From contig CBDBZY010000041.1 in assembly GCA_965213685.1 (NCBI GenBank), forward strand, positions 96,001 through 160,000: a stretch of 64,000 nucleotides of DNA, read 5' to 3'. Shown here one piece after another: positions 48,658-60,842 of the stretch. Position 1 is the first letter of the stretch. Each line of letters opens with the position of its first letter. Source of the stretch: a bacterium. Its GTDB lineage: Bacteria; UBA8248. A program made the position numbers and the translations under genes. The notes below the pieces were generated by a model. That model did no database searches. It was given only the letters and a program-made list of their open reading frames with translations, and had not been told where the DNA came from.

Positions 48658-49270
48658 TCAGCATTTTACCTTCCATATCATAGAATAAGTAGACTCTCTA
48701 CGTAGGGATGGTGCCAACACACCCTTTGTGAGAAGAGTGGAGAGGAAAGATGTTGATAATAAGAAATTAGCAACATAAAGATGGCACTGTTTATCCTCTA
48801 GTACCTTGGCCAGATCAAGCACCACCTGTGCTCCAAGACCAATTTTACGGGAGCATGCAGCACCTGTGTATACCTGGAATTCATACGGAGGCACATTATG
48901 GAAGTCAGCATGACACCACACTTTAATCCTCTCTTTACAAGCCTGGCTGGCAAAATATTTTAGGCTAGACCACACCTGGATGGGAATCGCCTGTCTACAG
49001 TGTGGGCAAGGAGGTTTTCGCTGGGTCAAAAGCACTAGTACTCTTGATGGGGTGTATATCTAGCCCAAATGTTCATGCCCTGGTTCTCCTACTGGCAGTG
49101 TGGCATTGCATTCTGGCAAAATGGAAGAGCCACAAAATGTCTAAGAACCAATCGTGTGATATGGCTGATGCAAAAGAGGCTCACAGGACCAGTATAGCTC
49201 ATAGCAACTAAGATTGCATGCACCATGAACAAATCATTACGAAACCAGTACATACCTGCGAAAGTATACC
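48658..49270 (-). mobile_element. Degenerate piggyBac transposase remnant
   Basis: IKVWCHAD...YEFQVYTGA...GLGAQVVLDL...LYVANF resembles the piggyBac core (KVW.LAD...FQVYTG...VVLDL...YxDNF). The catalytic Asp is lost. Confidence 0.7.
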
Positions 49271-49532
49271 GATTAACCTGTCGTAGACTCGTGCTTCCTG
49301 GAGCTGTGCGCATGCATCTTCTCGACCTAGGGTCTATTTCCCCTAAGTGATGCATAACCTCTCCGCAGTCTCTGGCCGGCCCAACCTCAACACCGCGCAC
49401 GTGGGCAGTATCTATTGCATAACCCTACCCACGCCAATTGTAGGTCTTCGCCCTTGCATCACGCGGTTTCAGCGATGGGAAATCACGTACAAAGAGGTAG
49501 ACCCCGAAAAGGCAGAGAACTTGGGCTTTAAG

Positions 49533-49874
49533 CATAGGCGGCGGAAGCGGGGGGGGCACCAGGGGCACGTGCCCCCCCTTGGAAATTTATACACTAGTTG
49601 TGCCCCCCCTTCAAATAGCTATACCGCGGTACGTACGTACCAGAAGTGGGACTCGCACTCGCGCGATTTCCAGCCGCGTGTAGTTTGAAGAATGCCTTAC
49701 AATAGACTAATCATGTTCCAATGTGGACCGTGCGTCTGATAATGTATTGCGCAGTATTACCCTGGCTGTCACAGTGGTATTACGGTGATTCTCATACGCA
49801 CGCACGCTTACGTGCACGTGATGCAACTTTAATGTAGGTGCCCCCCATGTTCAAAACAACTTCCTCCGCTAATG
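49533..49874. mobile_element. hAT-like MITE with 5-bp TSD
   Basis: TIR CATAGGCGGCGGAAG / CTTCCTCCGCTAATG, GTGCCCCCC subterminal motifs, TSD TTAAG (49528-32, 49875-79). Confidence 0.7.
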
Positions 49875-50523
49875 TTAAGTTAGCGTTTCAGGTACGAACT
49901 AAACGTCTGGAGCGCAGTGACATTTTAGAGGTCTGAGCGCTGCAAGAAGCCCCAATCCTACTGGCAGGCAAGCGTGACCAGTAATTTTTCTCTAACTTAC
50001 ACGATTGCACACCTACGTGCACATGGAAGCAACCTAGAGCACCCCCTTAGCCACTATACAAGAAAACCTTCGTTGGTACCTGCACCGCAGCCACGGAGAC
50101 AACTTGTCCGCTGGCTGCATGTATCTCACAGGCGTGTACACCTTTTTGCGCTCTACCTACACTTGTTCTTCTCGTCCAAAGCCTGAATTTTACTCTCTTA
50201 AACACACCAATCCAAACTCAGGTTACCCAAATTCATAGTTACACAGCTGCACGCATACTCAATGAAATGTAATTTGCCTTCATAGGGCGTGATTTTGATT
50301 CGTGACGTCAGCATGTCGTACCTCCTCTGACCCCTTTCTACATAGCCCGCTACGCAATGAAATTGGCGTCGTGTACCAAGCTCTCCCCATGCATGCTTAT
50401 CCTGACAGGTACATTTATTGCGGCGCGCGGGGGAGAACCTGGGTACGAGGCTATTTATTCTCTTCAACATTTGGCACCAACTGGAGTTGTATAGAATGTG
50501 CATTGTGTGTAGGATGCCTTTCA

Positions 50524-50860
50524 CTTAACGCAGGTCACTGAGCACTAAAGGGAAGGAAGGTTCATGGGTCATTGAGCATGAATAGAACGCTGGTCAACCC
50601 TGACCATTGCGTGCGGTTGCGTATGAAAAGTATGTTGCACACCCATCACAGTTCAAGTACCTGTCGCGACATACATTACTCAGGAGAGAAGTCTTAACGC
50701 AGGTCACTGAGCACTAAAGGGAAGGAAGGTTCATGGGTCATTGAGCATGAATAGAACGCTGGTCAACCCTGACCATTGCGTTGATTGCGTATGAAAGGTA
50801 TGTTGCACACCCATCACAGTTCAAGTACCTGTCGCGACATACATTACTCAGGAGAGAAGT
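50524..50860. repeat. Near-perfect tandem duplication of a ~169-bp unit
   Basis: CTTAACGCAGGTCACTGAG...CAGGAGAGAAGT at 50524-50692 and 50693-50860. Confidence 0.95.
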
Positions 50861-53690
50861 CTACGCATTCCATAGAGAGTATACGATTACAAAATATGTA
50901 AATCAGAACTGTTAAAATGTAAGTGGTGGCTACAATAATGTAATTGCATAATTACATCATATTAACGCTGATGTCATGATGTCACTACAGATTATTATTA
51001 TGAGGTGGTGTTTGCTACTAAATACAGTTGTAGCAGTAATATACTGTTTTTGACTCAAAGGGAGCCCCACACACTACTAGAGAGAATGCAATCTGAAATG
51101 TGTCAATGTATTGGCAAGTATACTCTTAAATCTGTGCAGGTTTCATCAGATTGTGACGGTAGAAGAGTCAGAGGTAGCTACATCTTGAAGCTGTTAAAAA
51201 GTGCTAGTCTTAAGAGCGTCAGAAAAGTGTAGCAATTGGAAAGGTGTGTGAAATCCATACAGAAAACATACAAAACTAGCAGTCTTAAAACTGAGTAGTT
51301 ATGTGAAATCTGTCTCAATCTTTTTTGTAATAGTGTATGCCGTTAAGGCAGGTTTTGCAATAATACCCTCTTGAAACAATCTATGAATTTGATCACATAT
51401 TATATGAAACCTTTAAAATTGAGGCATATGCAGGTACAAACAAACAAATAAAAGCAGGACTGCATATAAAAAGATTGAAATAAGTGCGAAATCTGATACA
51501 GTTCAGCAATAATTATTCAATTCCAAATAACTGAAGTACAAGAGCTGGACAATATGCTAAAACCTTTTCCCATGCATAACAGCATTCTTCATGGATCGAT
51601 TTGACAAATAAACTTCACCAATGCTTGCATGCATGCAAAGTGTACTCAATACTGATTAGCCTTCATGGCAATGTATATCTGACAATGAAATATTATAGCT
51701 ATAAGCATGCAGGATGAGGGCAGAGACAGGCACTATTCTCATGTCACCTATAACAAAACTAGAGGATTCGCAGGTATAAATGCTCACTTCTATACATTGA
51801 CCAGCTGCAGTTAGTGAATGATTACCTGATATGCATATTCAACTTGACACTCACACCCTAAGAAGTTCTACATCTACATGTATCTGTCAACTTTCTTAAG
51901 TAAGTAAGTAAGAGGTCTCCAGAGTAATGGGTCGCACCAGGTACTTGAAACATGCTGGATAAGCACCCATCTTTCACACACGATTATTTCCAGGCCCAGT
52001 GTCATATGAGTGATCAGTGCTACTGTATGTCATACTCATTGAACTGGTTACTCAATGACCTTCGTTTATTTAGAGTATATCCTACACATATTATCACATC
52101 CTACACATATTACCAAGGTTTCATCTAACTCTCCAACTTCCCCCCCCCCTCAACTAGCCCCTCACATAGTGACAATATCCTAATTTAGACCAATTGAGCG
52201 TGGGCGAAACGTATTACGATTGCGCATCTGGTTCCGCATTAATATCTAGTGCTTTAGGTTCTCGTTACAGTCTGCGTTAGGCTGATTTCCGAGAGCGGCT
52301 ACTGCTCGGCGTGTGGCTTCTATTCGGTATTTCTCATCAAAGAACGTCACAAGTGAGTTCCCAAGTTATAGCAAATTTACTGTGTAAATCATACGAAACC
52401 TCGCGCCGTAGCGGAGGTACATAGAGCGTGACTGCCGCAGTTGGTTGAATTTTTCTCTACCACTGTATTCCGTCAAACCTACAAGGTAAAATGCGCATGG
52501 GCGTGGACGCTCGCCGCTTTTTGACAAAAATCACAACAATCCCACGTAAAAGTAAACTATAAAACTATGTACAATATCGCGATGAGAGGGCGGGCAAATA
52601 TTGGCGAGTGAATGAGTGCAGCCAGTCGGCGAGGATGTTTGTTTGGCCTCCGGTTGGAGATTTTGGCCTAGATTTACCCTAGCCTGATTTGGCAAAGCCT
52701 TGGCCTGGCCGTAGAAACGTATGTTTCGTATGGCTACTGTGGAGGAAAGTGTCATGTTCCGACGGTACTGCTATTGCGGAAGTGAGTGTGGCCATCTAGG
52801 TGGATAGCATACGTATTTTTCAAGCTCGGAAAATACGTATGGCTCAAGAGACTAGTCACAGGACATGTCATCTGGAGACTCGCTGCACATTCCACACATG
52901 CATTCAGTCTCAAGAGTATACCCTATGAGAGCAGTGTAGGAGTGGCATGGTGTCATTCAGCTGCAACTGAGATAATAACCATGGCAAGGTTAAATATCCC
53001 TCCATATTTTTTGCAGTAAATCATTGAGACAGGTTGCATGTGGGTAATGTGGGAAATATGTAAGATATGCTCTGTGCAAAATGAGCCTCCTGTTATGATT
53101 AACTTAATCATCCATATTTACTACACTCAGATGAATGTGCAGGGGAAAATTATGTATCAGTGGGGTACTTCCTGTATGTGCTCGAAACTGAATGCATGTG
53201 TATAATAGTACGTGTATAGTATGCTCCCTGTAGTAATAATCTTATTAGAGCTAGGCTGACAAATGTTCATGGATAATCTACTTTCTGAATGATTATGAAC
53301 ATGAGCAGTGGTCTGCATGTTATCTGCTCAAAAACACATAAAATGGGGTTGCTGTAAACATGTGCTATGTTTCAGGGCACAGTAAGTAAGATCTTGTGGT
53401 ATTGTCTGCTGCATCCAAGCTGCATATTATCCACTCAGCAACCTAGCAAAATTGCTAAGTTGATGCTCATTTCTTTAATACTCTTAAGACAAAATGGATG
53501 CACGCATGCTTGTGTTGGGTGTTCCACAACTAATAGGCATTGTGACTGGTGCTTGAAATGTGAAACGCATACCATTCATGCACAATTAACACCAGGGTAT
53601 TGAGACACTACAGTAATTACTCTACTGCTTAATCACCCATTTCAGCACCCATTATACTTAGGGAATATCCAAAATACCCTACGCATTCTA

Positions 53691-54262
<572 letters not shown>

Positions 54263-54756
54263 GTGTAGTTACGTTCTGGTGATGTAACTGTTTGCATTTG
54301 GCATATATTGCAACATACATTACATAGAAGTATGCATGCATGTCCAATTAATTCCACACCTCATGGCACGAATTGTATATAAGTTGAACAAGGGTTGTGC
54401 ACTTTCCAAGGATTTGTAATTGTAGTGGGTACACTTGACAATGTGCTCCAGGTTTTTGTGTATTGAGTATGTACACAAGAAAATGGTAGCAAACGTTTGA
54501 GGTTGTATACCAATACGTATAAAAGAGCAGACTAGTAAGAAAATAATTGGCTGTTTTATGAAACTGATGTTAGCATTTCTACCATAATTCACTTTCGGAA
54601 GAATCCTCAAAGTGCTAGAATCCATGGCCATGGCACACACCCACGTGTGCATGATCTTGTTTGGCTTAAGTAGGTCATTCGGACTATTTTGTTCATATGC
54701 AGAGCAAGAGGAGGTCATTCGGAACTATTTTGTTGCTTTTGTTCATATGCAGAACA

Positions 54757-57700
54757 ATGTTTGTGTGCGGACGCCGGTTGATACCTCTCATTGCAGTCTT
54801 TTCCCTCTGTGGGGCCACTGAGTACTATGTCAGACCCACTGAGCCCACCAATACCTCGTGTCCTGCTCAGCCATGTCTCACCCTCAGCCAGTATATTAGT
54901 GACTCAGACCACTACTTCCAGTCCAACACCGTGTTCAAGTTTCTGCCTGGCACACATCTCATGAACAAGCCTGTTGTTTTAGAGGGTCTACACAACATTT
55001 CATGGACAAGATTCGAAAGCAGCAGCAACAAAATCCCAAATCTAGTGGCAGAGTTTGCTTGTGAGGACACATATGATTGTGTTAGTTCCATAACATTCGT
55101 ATATCACTACTATTGCTGTGCTGCAATTCAGGTGTACTACTCACACAATGTCATATTTGAAAGAATTTCTTTAACAGTTAAAACACCAGGCAGGTCTGCT
55201 ATAATTGGGCGATCTGTATCCAACGTTTATATTCATTTAAAGACAACATGCTCTGCACCCACTGCTATGAATAGTCCAGGTGGAATTCTGATATGGGATG
55301 CTAACCTAGTCCAGGTACACACATCGGATGTAAGCAATTGCTCATATGGACTTCTATTTTCTACCACTAATAATGCAGCTATTACCAACACAATTATAGT
55401 GAACAGTAACTCAGAAGGGATGTATCTGGAGTCTACTAATAACACTGTTATAGTCAATGCAAGTGTAATGTACAGTGGCAAAATAGGAGTACACTTGTCA
55501 CATGCTGCCAATGCTACCATCATCAACACAACAGCAATACAGCAATATACGGGAATGTCGTTTGTTTCCACCACTAACACCACTATCATTAACTCATTTA
55601 CAATGCATAGTGGTTCTACTGGGATGTTCTTCACGCACGCTACCAATACTACCATAATCAATGTAACAGCACAGCACAATAGTGTTGGGATGTACCTGTT
55701 AAGCACTAGTAGCACTTCTATCGCTAATTCACATGCATCGTACAATAGTAATGGAATAGAGCTGGTGAACACTGCCATAAATACTATTACTAACTTAACT
55801 CTACTGCATAACAACTATACTGGGATCTACTTGGGAAATGCTACTGATACCATTATATCCAACTTAACTGCACTGTACAACCATGTAGGAGCAAACTTGA
55901 TGTCCAGTACCAACACTAGTATAAGCAACCCAAGAATAATGTATAATTTTGAAGGAATGACGATTAAAAATGCAATAAACATTTATATCATTAATCCACA
56001 TATATCATACAATGATCATGGTGGTATATACCTTGCTGAAAGTGCAGAAATCTCTATTGTTAATCGTTTTTTGATACTTAATAATGGGTTCAAGACTACA
56101 GGGATAAAATTTTATCATACAAGCAATGTTATGGTCATTAACACAACTGTTATGTACAGTGATGAGTCTGGAATTACCTTGTTCAATACAATTAACACTA
56201 CCATAGTCAACCCAACTGTGCTTTACAATGGCAACAAAGGTATACTTATGGAGATGACTATAAACACTTCCATCATTAATCCAGTTTTACTACATAACAA
56301 AGGGCATGGACTTTATATATCTATGGCTACCAACACTACTGTCGTTAACCCAGCTGTTTTGTACAATGGTGAGTATGGTGTGATGTTGTCAGCCTCTCAA
56401 AATACGGACATTAGCAATGCAACTGTAATGCACAATGGGTGGAGCTTCAATGTACCAGCAATCAATGGAGATTTCATAATTTTTTCTTCTTCCCACACTA
56501 CCATCCACAACAGCTCCTTCACTAACATCAGCACTGCTGCAAGTGCTATGAGTACTGCAAATCCCACCAGTCTCCCTGCTGTTATTGTACTGTATAATAC
56601 TTCTTTACATATCAAAGGATGTAACTTTACAGGAAACAATGTCACTGCCATAAAGGCATTTGCATCCACCATAATAACATCTGGTGATCTGATATTCTCC
56701 AGTAACAGAGCAATTGCTGGAAGTGCCTTTGTATTAATTGAAGACAGCGTTTTGACACTCACTGAAAATAGTCACACATATTTTGAAAATAACTATGCTT
56801 CTGACATTGGGGGAGTGTTTTACATTGCTAGAAATGTACACTACAAGGTTCATAATTATGTGCTCTATGATGTTGGTAATATACGTCCTCCAAAGACTAA
56901 TATGTTAATAACAATATGCTTCTTAAACACAGAGGGAAGTAGATCCAAGAGCAGGCTAACGTTTGTGAACAACTCAGCCAAAAATGGAGGAGACATACTG
57001 TATGGAGGGCATGTGGCATATGGTTTGGATGGAGGCTGGAACTGTTTACTGGCCTTTAAAAACATATCCAATATATCACAAACTGGACTATCTCTAATAA
57101 CATCGGACCCATCACGAGTGTGTCTCTGTAATGAGAGTGGACAACCTGACTGCCTCATTCTAGCTGATCCTACACAACATTCCATCTACCCAGGCCAGTC
57201 CATCAGTCTATATGTGGTGGTTGTTGGACAAGATTTCGGAACAGTTGCTGGATCTGTGTATGCACAATTCCTACAGAAATCAGCTACCGAGTTTTCACAA
57301 CTGTCAGACACATGGCAGGAAATTCAAGGCGTCAAACAAGAAGTGTGCAACCACCTCACATATGTTATCTTCTCTCCAGGTCAAGTCTCTGAAGCAGTGC
57401 TTATTCTAACAGCAAACAGTAGAAATGTTACACAGTTTTACACCAATAAAGAACTTCAAGACACAACTCTTGAGCAGAATAATGTCTATAAGACAACAGC
57501 AGTTGAACCCCTGGAGTATAGCCATTCTTCTATTTATATTAATATTACTTTCCTTCCCTGTCCTGCTGGTTTCATGCTCACAAGTGCCCCACCTTTCAAG
57601 TGTGACTGTAATCAGTTGTTGCAAATGTTACAAGGAGTCAAATGCTACATTCAAGAACAGACTATTGGGCGAAGTGGTTTAGTATGGGTAGGCATGCTAA

Positions 57701-59055
57701 AAGATGACAATGGCACTATTGTAGGCTCTCAGTATTGTATGTTTGACTACTGTAACAATGCAGACATCAATGTGACACTCAGTAATCCTGACTCTCAGTG
57801 CAACTACAATCATTCAGGCATTCTGTGTGGAGGATGCCAGCCTCATCTCAGTCTTGCCTTAGGAAGTGCACAGTGTCTGCAGTGTTCCAACAAGTACCTT
57901 GCTCTCCTCATACCATTTGCATTGGCAGGACCTGCACTTGTGTTCTTCATAAAAATACTGGACCTCACAGTCTCTCAAGGAACAATCAATGGACTGATAT
58001 TCTATGCCAATGTTCTCAAAGCAAATGAGCACATTTTTCTTCCTCAGAGACAAACAAATCCATTGACTCTTTTCATAGCATGGCTTAACCTGGACTTGGG
58101 TGTGGAGACCTGTTTCTTTCATGGCATGACCGCCTACACCAAGACATGGCTACAGTTTGTGTTCCCTCTCTACATCTGGGGCATTGCAGGACTCATCATC
58201 ATCTTAGCCAAGTACAGTGATCGGGTGGCAAAAGTTATGGGCAATAATTCTGTCCCTGCTCTGGCCACCCTCTTCCTCCTTTCCTATGCCAAGCTATTTT
58301 ATACCATTATAACAGCTCTATCATACACAATTCTTCACAGTACGCAAGGCCAGAAGGTTGTGTGGTCTGCTGATGGGAATGTGGACTACCTGGGTCCAAT
58401 GCATATTCCTTTATTTACTGTATCTGTGGCTGTACTTCTCTTCCTGTGGCTCCCATACACACTGCTACTCCTTCTTGGACAGTGGCTACAGAGATGCAAC
58501 TGCTGGCTAGTGGGCTCCACTTTAATAAAAGCATTTTTAAGCACCCACTATGATGCACTAAAAAGCAAACATCGCTACTGGTTTGGTGTCCTGCTTATAG
58601 TGAGAGCTGCAATTCTCCTGATATCAGCACTAATTCCAGCTAACCACAGTAATACAATTAATCTATGTATTTCAGTCTCTGCCATACTATTGAACTATTT
58701 TGGCCCAATAGTTTATCGTAGCACTGCTGTGGCCTTGTATGATGTCACCTTTTTCATGAACCTTGCACTTCTGGGAATGGCCAGCTATTTTACTATCATA
58801 GTAGGAGGAGACCAGACTGTGGCTGCCTACACACTTATTGGACTTGCATTTGTTCAGTTCGTTGGATTAATTGTCGTCAAAGTGTTTTGCATCATCAAGA
58901 GGATTGAAAAGGTAAAGGCATGCCTTCAGAAGGGGCCAGCTGAGGATGACTGGGAGCTCTATGAAGAGGCAGCACTTCTGAGGGAGATGGAGTCTGATAC
59001 TGAAGATGAAGATAGTGATGGATCTGGTAGTGTTGAGAGCCTCCCCACATACTGA
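54757..59055 (+). CDS. Intronless receptor-like protein: signal peptide, parallel beta-helix (PbH1/pectin-lyase-like) repeats, Pmp-like FxxN/GG motifs, Cys-rich stalk, ~8-9 TM helices
   Basis: Open ORF (1432 aa from ATG 54757, which aligns with the paralog start after TGCAGAACA). About 16 coils of 22-23 aa (N.T..YN...G..L....NT.I). FSSNRA, FENNYASDIGG and FVNNSAKNGGD motifs. CPAGF...CDC and C.YNHSGILCGGC...SLALGS..C Cys-rich block, then a hydrophobic helix bundle and an acidic tail. Confidence 0.9.
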   Translation: MFVCGRRLIPLIAVFSLCGATEYYVRPTEPTNTSCPAQPCLTLSQYISDSDHYFQSNTVFKFLPGTHLMNKPVVLEGLHNISWTRFESSSNKIPNLVAEFACEDTYDCVSSITFVYHYYCCAAIQVYYSHNVIFERISLTVKTPGRSAIIGRSVSNVYIHLKTTCSAPTAMNSPGGILIWDANLVQVHTSDVSNCSYGLLFSTTNNAAITNTIIVNSNSEGMYLESTNNTVIVNASVMYSGKIGVHLSHAANATIINTTAIQQYTGMSFVSTTNTTIINSFTMHSGSTGMFFTHATNTTIINVTAQHNSVGMYLLSTSSTSIANSHASYNSNGIELVNTAINTITNLTLLHNNYTGIYLGNATDTIISNLTALYNHVGANLMSSTNTSISNPRIMYNFEGMTIKNAINIYIINPHISYNDHGGIYLAESAEISIVNRFLILNNGFKTTGIKFYHTSNVMVINTTVMYSDESGITLFNTINTTIVNPTVLYNGNKGILMEMTINTSIINPVLLHNKGHGLYISMATNTTVVNPAVLYNGEYGVMLSASQNTDISNATVMHNGWSFNVPAINGDFIIFSSSHTTIHNSSFTNISTAASAMSTANPTSLPAVIVLYNTSLHIKGCNFTGNNVTAIKAFASTIITSGDLIFSSNRAIAGSAFVLIEDSVLTLTENSHTYFENNYASDIGGVFYIARNVHYKVHNYVLYDVGNIRPPKTNMLITICFLNTEGSRSKSRLTFVNNSAKNGGDILYGGHVAYGLDGGWNCLLAFKNISNISQTGLSLITSDPSRVCLCNESGQPDCLILADPTQHSIYPGQSISLYVVVVGQDFGTVAGSVYAQFLQKSATEFSQLSDTWQEIQGVKQEVCNHLTYVIFSPGQVSEAVLILTANSRNVTQFYTNKELQDTTLEQNNVYKTTAVEPLEYSHSSIYINITFLPCPAGFMLTSAPPFKCDCNQLLQMLQGVKCYIQEQTIGRSGLVWVGMLKDDNGTIVGSQYCMFDYCNNADINVTLSNPDSQCNYNHSGILCGGCQPHLSLALGSAQCLQCSNKYLALLIPFALAGPALVFFIKILDLTVSQGTINGLIFYANVLKANEHIFLPQRQTNPLTLFIAWLNLDLGVETCFFHGMTAYTKTWLQFVFPLYIWGIAGLIIILAKYSDRVAKVMGNNSVPALATLFLLSYAKLFYTIITALSYTILHSTQGQKVVWSADGNVDYLGPMHIPLFTVSVAVLLFLWLPYTLLLLLGQWLQRCNCWLVGSTLIKAFLSTHYDALKSKHRYWFGVLLIVRAAILLISALIPANHSNTINLCISVSAILLNYFGPIVYRSTAVALYDVTFFMNLALLGMASYFTIIVGGDQTVAAYTLIGLAFVQFVGLIVVKVFCIIKRIEKVKACLQKGPAEDDWELYEEAALLREMESDTEDEDSDGSGSVESLPTY

Positions 59056-59594
59056 CTGATTTTAATGGAAAGCATCATTATTTGTTTTAGCACACATATC
59101 ACAATTGCTGTACATACATGTATATATAGTTCTCAACAGTTGCTCCCCATATGTTGCTGTGTAGTTCGTTGTAGAATAAGTTGCTTTCTTACTTCCAATT
59201 CCTGCAAATATTGTTAAAATGCTTAAAGCCAGCTCACATATTGATTGATTATTGATTTTTACTGGTATAAAACAAGTACTCCTTTCAACAGTTGTTTGTA
59301 GCAAACATACCAAAATAATACGTTTTTTTTAACATAATTATATAGCTCCATTGTTGAAGAGTTTTCTTGTGAATAGGTTGCTTTCATGTTTTCAATTCTT
59401 GCAAGTATGACAACCACATAAAAAAATGTCCGTCTTTTTGTGTAAAACGCGGCCGCAAATAAAAATGATCGGTGTCAGATCGTCAGGCCATAGCATTGTT
59501 GCGATTGCTTCTCCTTAGAAGACCATTCTGTCAGTCACATCTACGCAATCGGCTCCACTTGCCAGAGTACGTACCAGACGTAATTCCCTGCATA

Positions 59595-60063
59595 CCGTAT
59601 AGCGCTCATATTTCGCAGGTCTAAAATTTCGCGAAAAGCTGTTTTTGACATTTTCGTTAAAAATATTTCGCGAAAACGCCACGCGCGTAGGCGCTGGATG
59701 GTACGCGCCCAGGCACGACAATACGGGCAGAGTTAAATCTAAAATCGATAGCAGTACGCGGCTTTAGCGCAAGCTGTCAGACGTGCCAACTCCCGAGATT
59801 CAGCAACCGTGCGTGATTACCACGTTCATGTGATTGCCACGTGTGTGATTACCACGTTCATCAGGTACTCTATATTAGAACTGGCATCTTTCAACTCTCT
59901 ATCTAAGCTTGACACGCTCGCGCTCGCTTTAACGCTAAAGGCGCGGCTTCAGCACGCTCGCGTGATTATGCCTTTTGGTGGGCGGAGTCTTAAAAATTTC
60001 GTTGAAATAATTTCGCAAACGCTTCCAAATTCGCGAAATTCGCGAAATATAAGCGCCATACAG
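59595..60063. mobile_element. Tc1/mariner-type MITE
   Basis: TA|CCGTATAGCGCTCATATTTCGC...GCGAAATATAAGCGCCATACAG|TA with TTTCGCGAAA subterminal repeats. Confidence 0.8.
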
Positions 60064-60842
60064 TATTACATATGCTTACGTTGTAGTACATGTGCAGCAA
60101 AATACCTCTTACCATTTGTAGAAGTAGGCCAGAGAGCAAGTCAGTTTACCTTGGAAAGTGACATCCCTATTTGAGTGACAACAAAGTGTAGGAAGCAAAC
60201 TTGTGCCAGGGAAAGCACCATGACAATCCCTATGGACCAGGCAGAGACATGAGCACTGCTTGTGCAGATGTCAATGAGAGGAGTGCTTACAGAAGCATTC
60301 TCACTGCCAACAGTGCAAATAAGCAGCTGAAAACTGTACAGGAGAATAGCGTTGCACCTCACTCACACTTGTCTTACAATGTCCAACATTCCATTATGTG
60401 TAGAACATTATGTAATGGGCTACAAGTCATAATTCAGTTAACTATGGTGCATATGAAAAGTTTTAGTGGTGCATTTGAATATACGCATGACATCTCATGC
60501 ATGTGCACACTGTACAGAATATGTATGCTGCTCTCTAAAAATTTGAACATCAAAGGCCAAGGGTCAATTAAACTGTTACAAAACTCGTGGTCCCCACAGC
60601 TGTCTGTTTATCCTTGTATACCACAGTGTGTGGGCATCTCATGCCACTAAAGTTATAGCATACCACAGACACTATTATGTACATATGTAGTTTCACTGCT
60701 GCTATGACAATATAATACTTAATGGCATTAGCACAATGGCATTAGCACAAGCTATGTGATCTGCATTTTACTCAAAACAGGTCCTGTGAGCTTATATGTT
60801 GCTGCATATGTGTATCCTTTTGTTCAAAATTAATGCAGAACA

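Noticed and set aside
54697-54756. Upstream ATG for the 1452-aa ORF
   Set aside because: It lies in a local short duplication upstream of an acceptor-like TGCAG. The paralog start and signal peptide align with ATG 54757. Not fully excluded.
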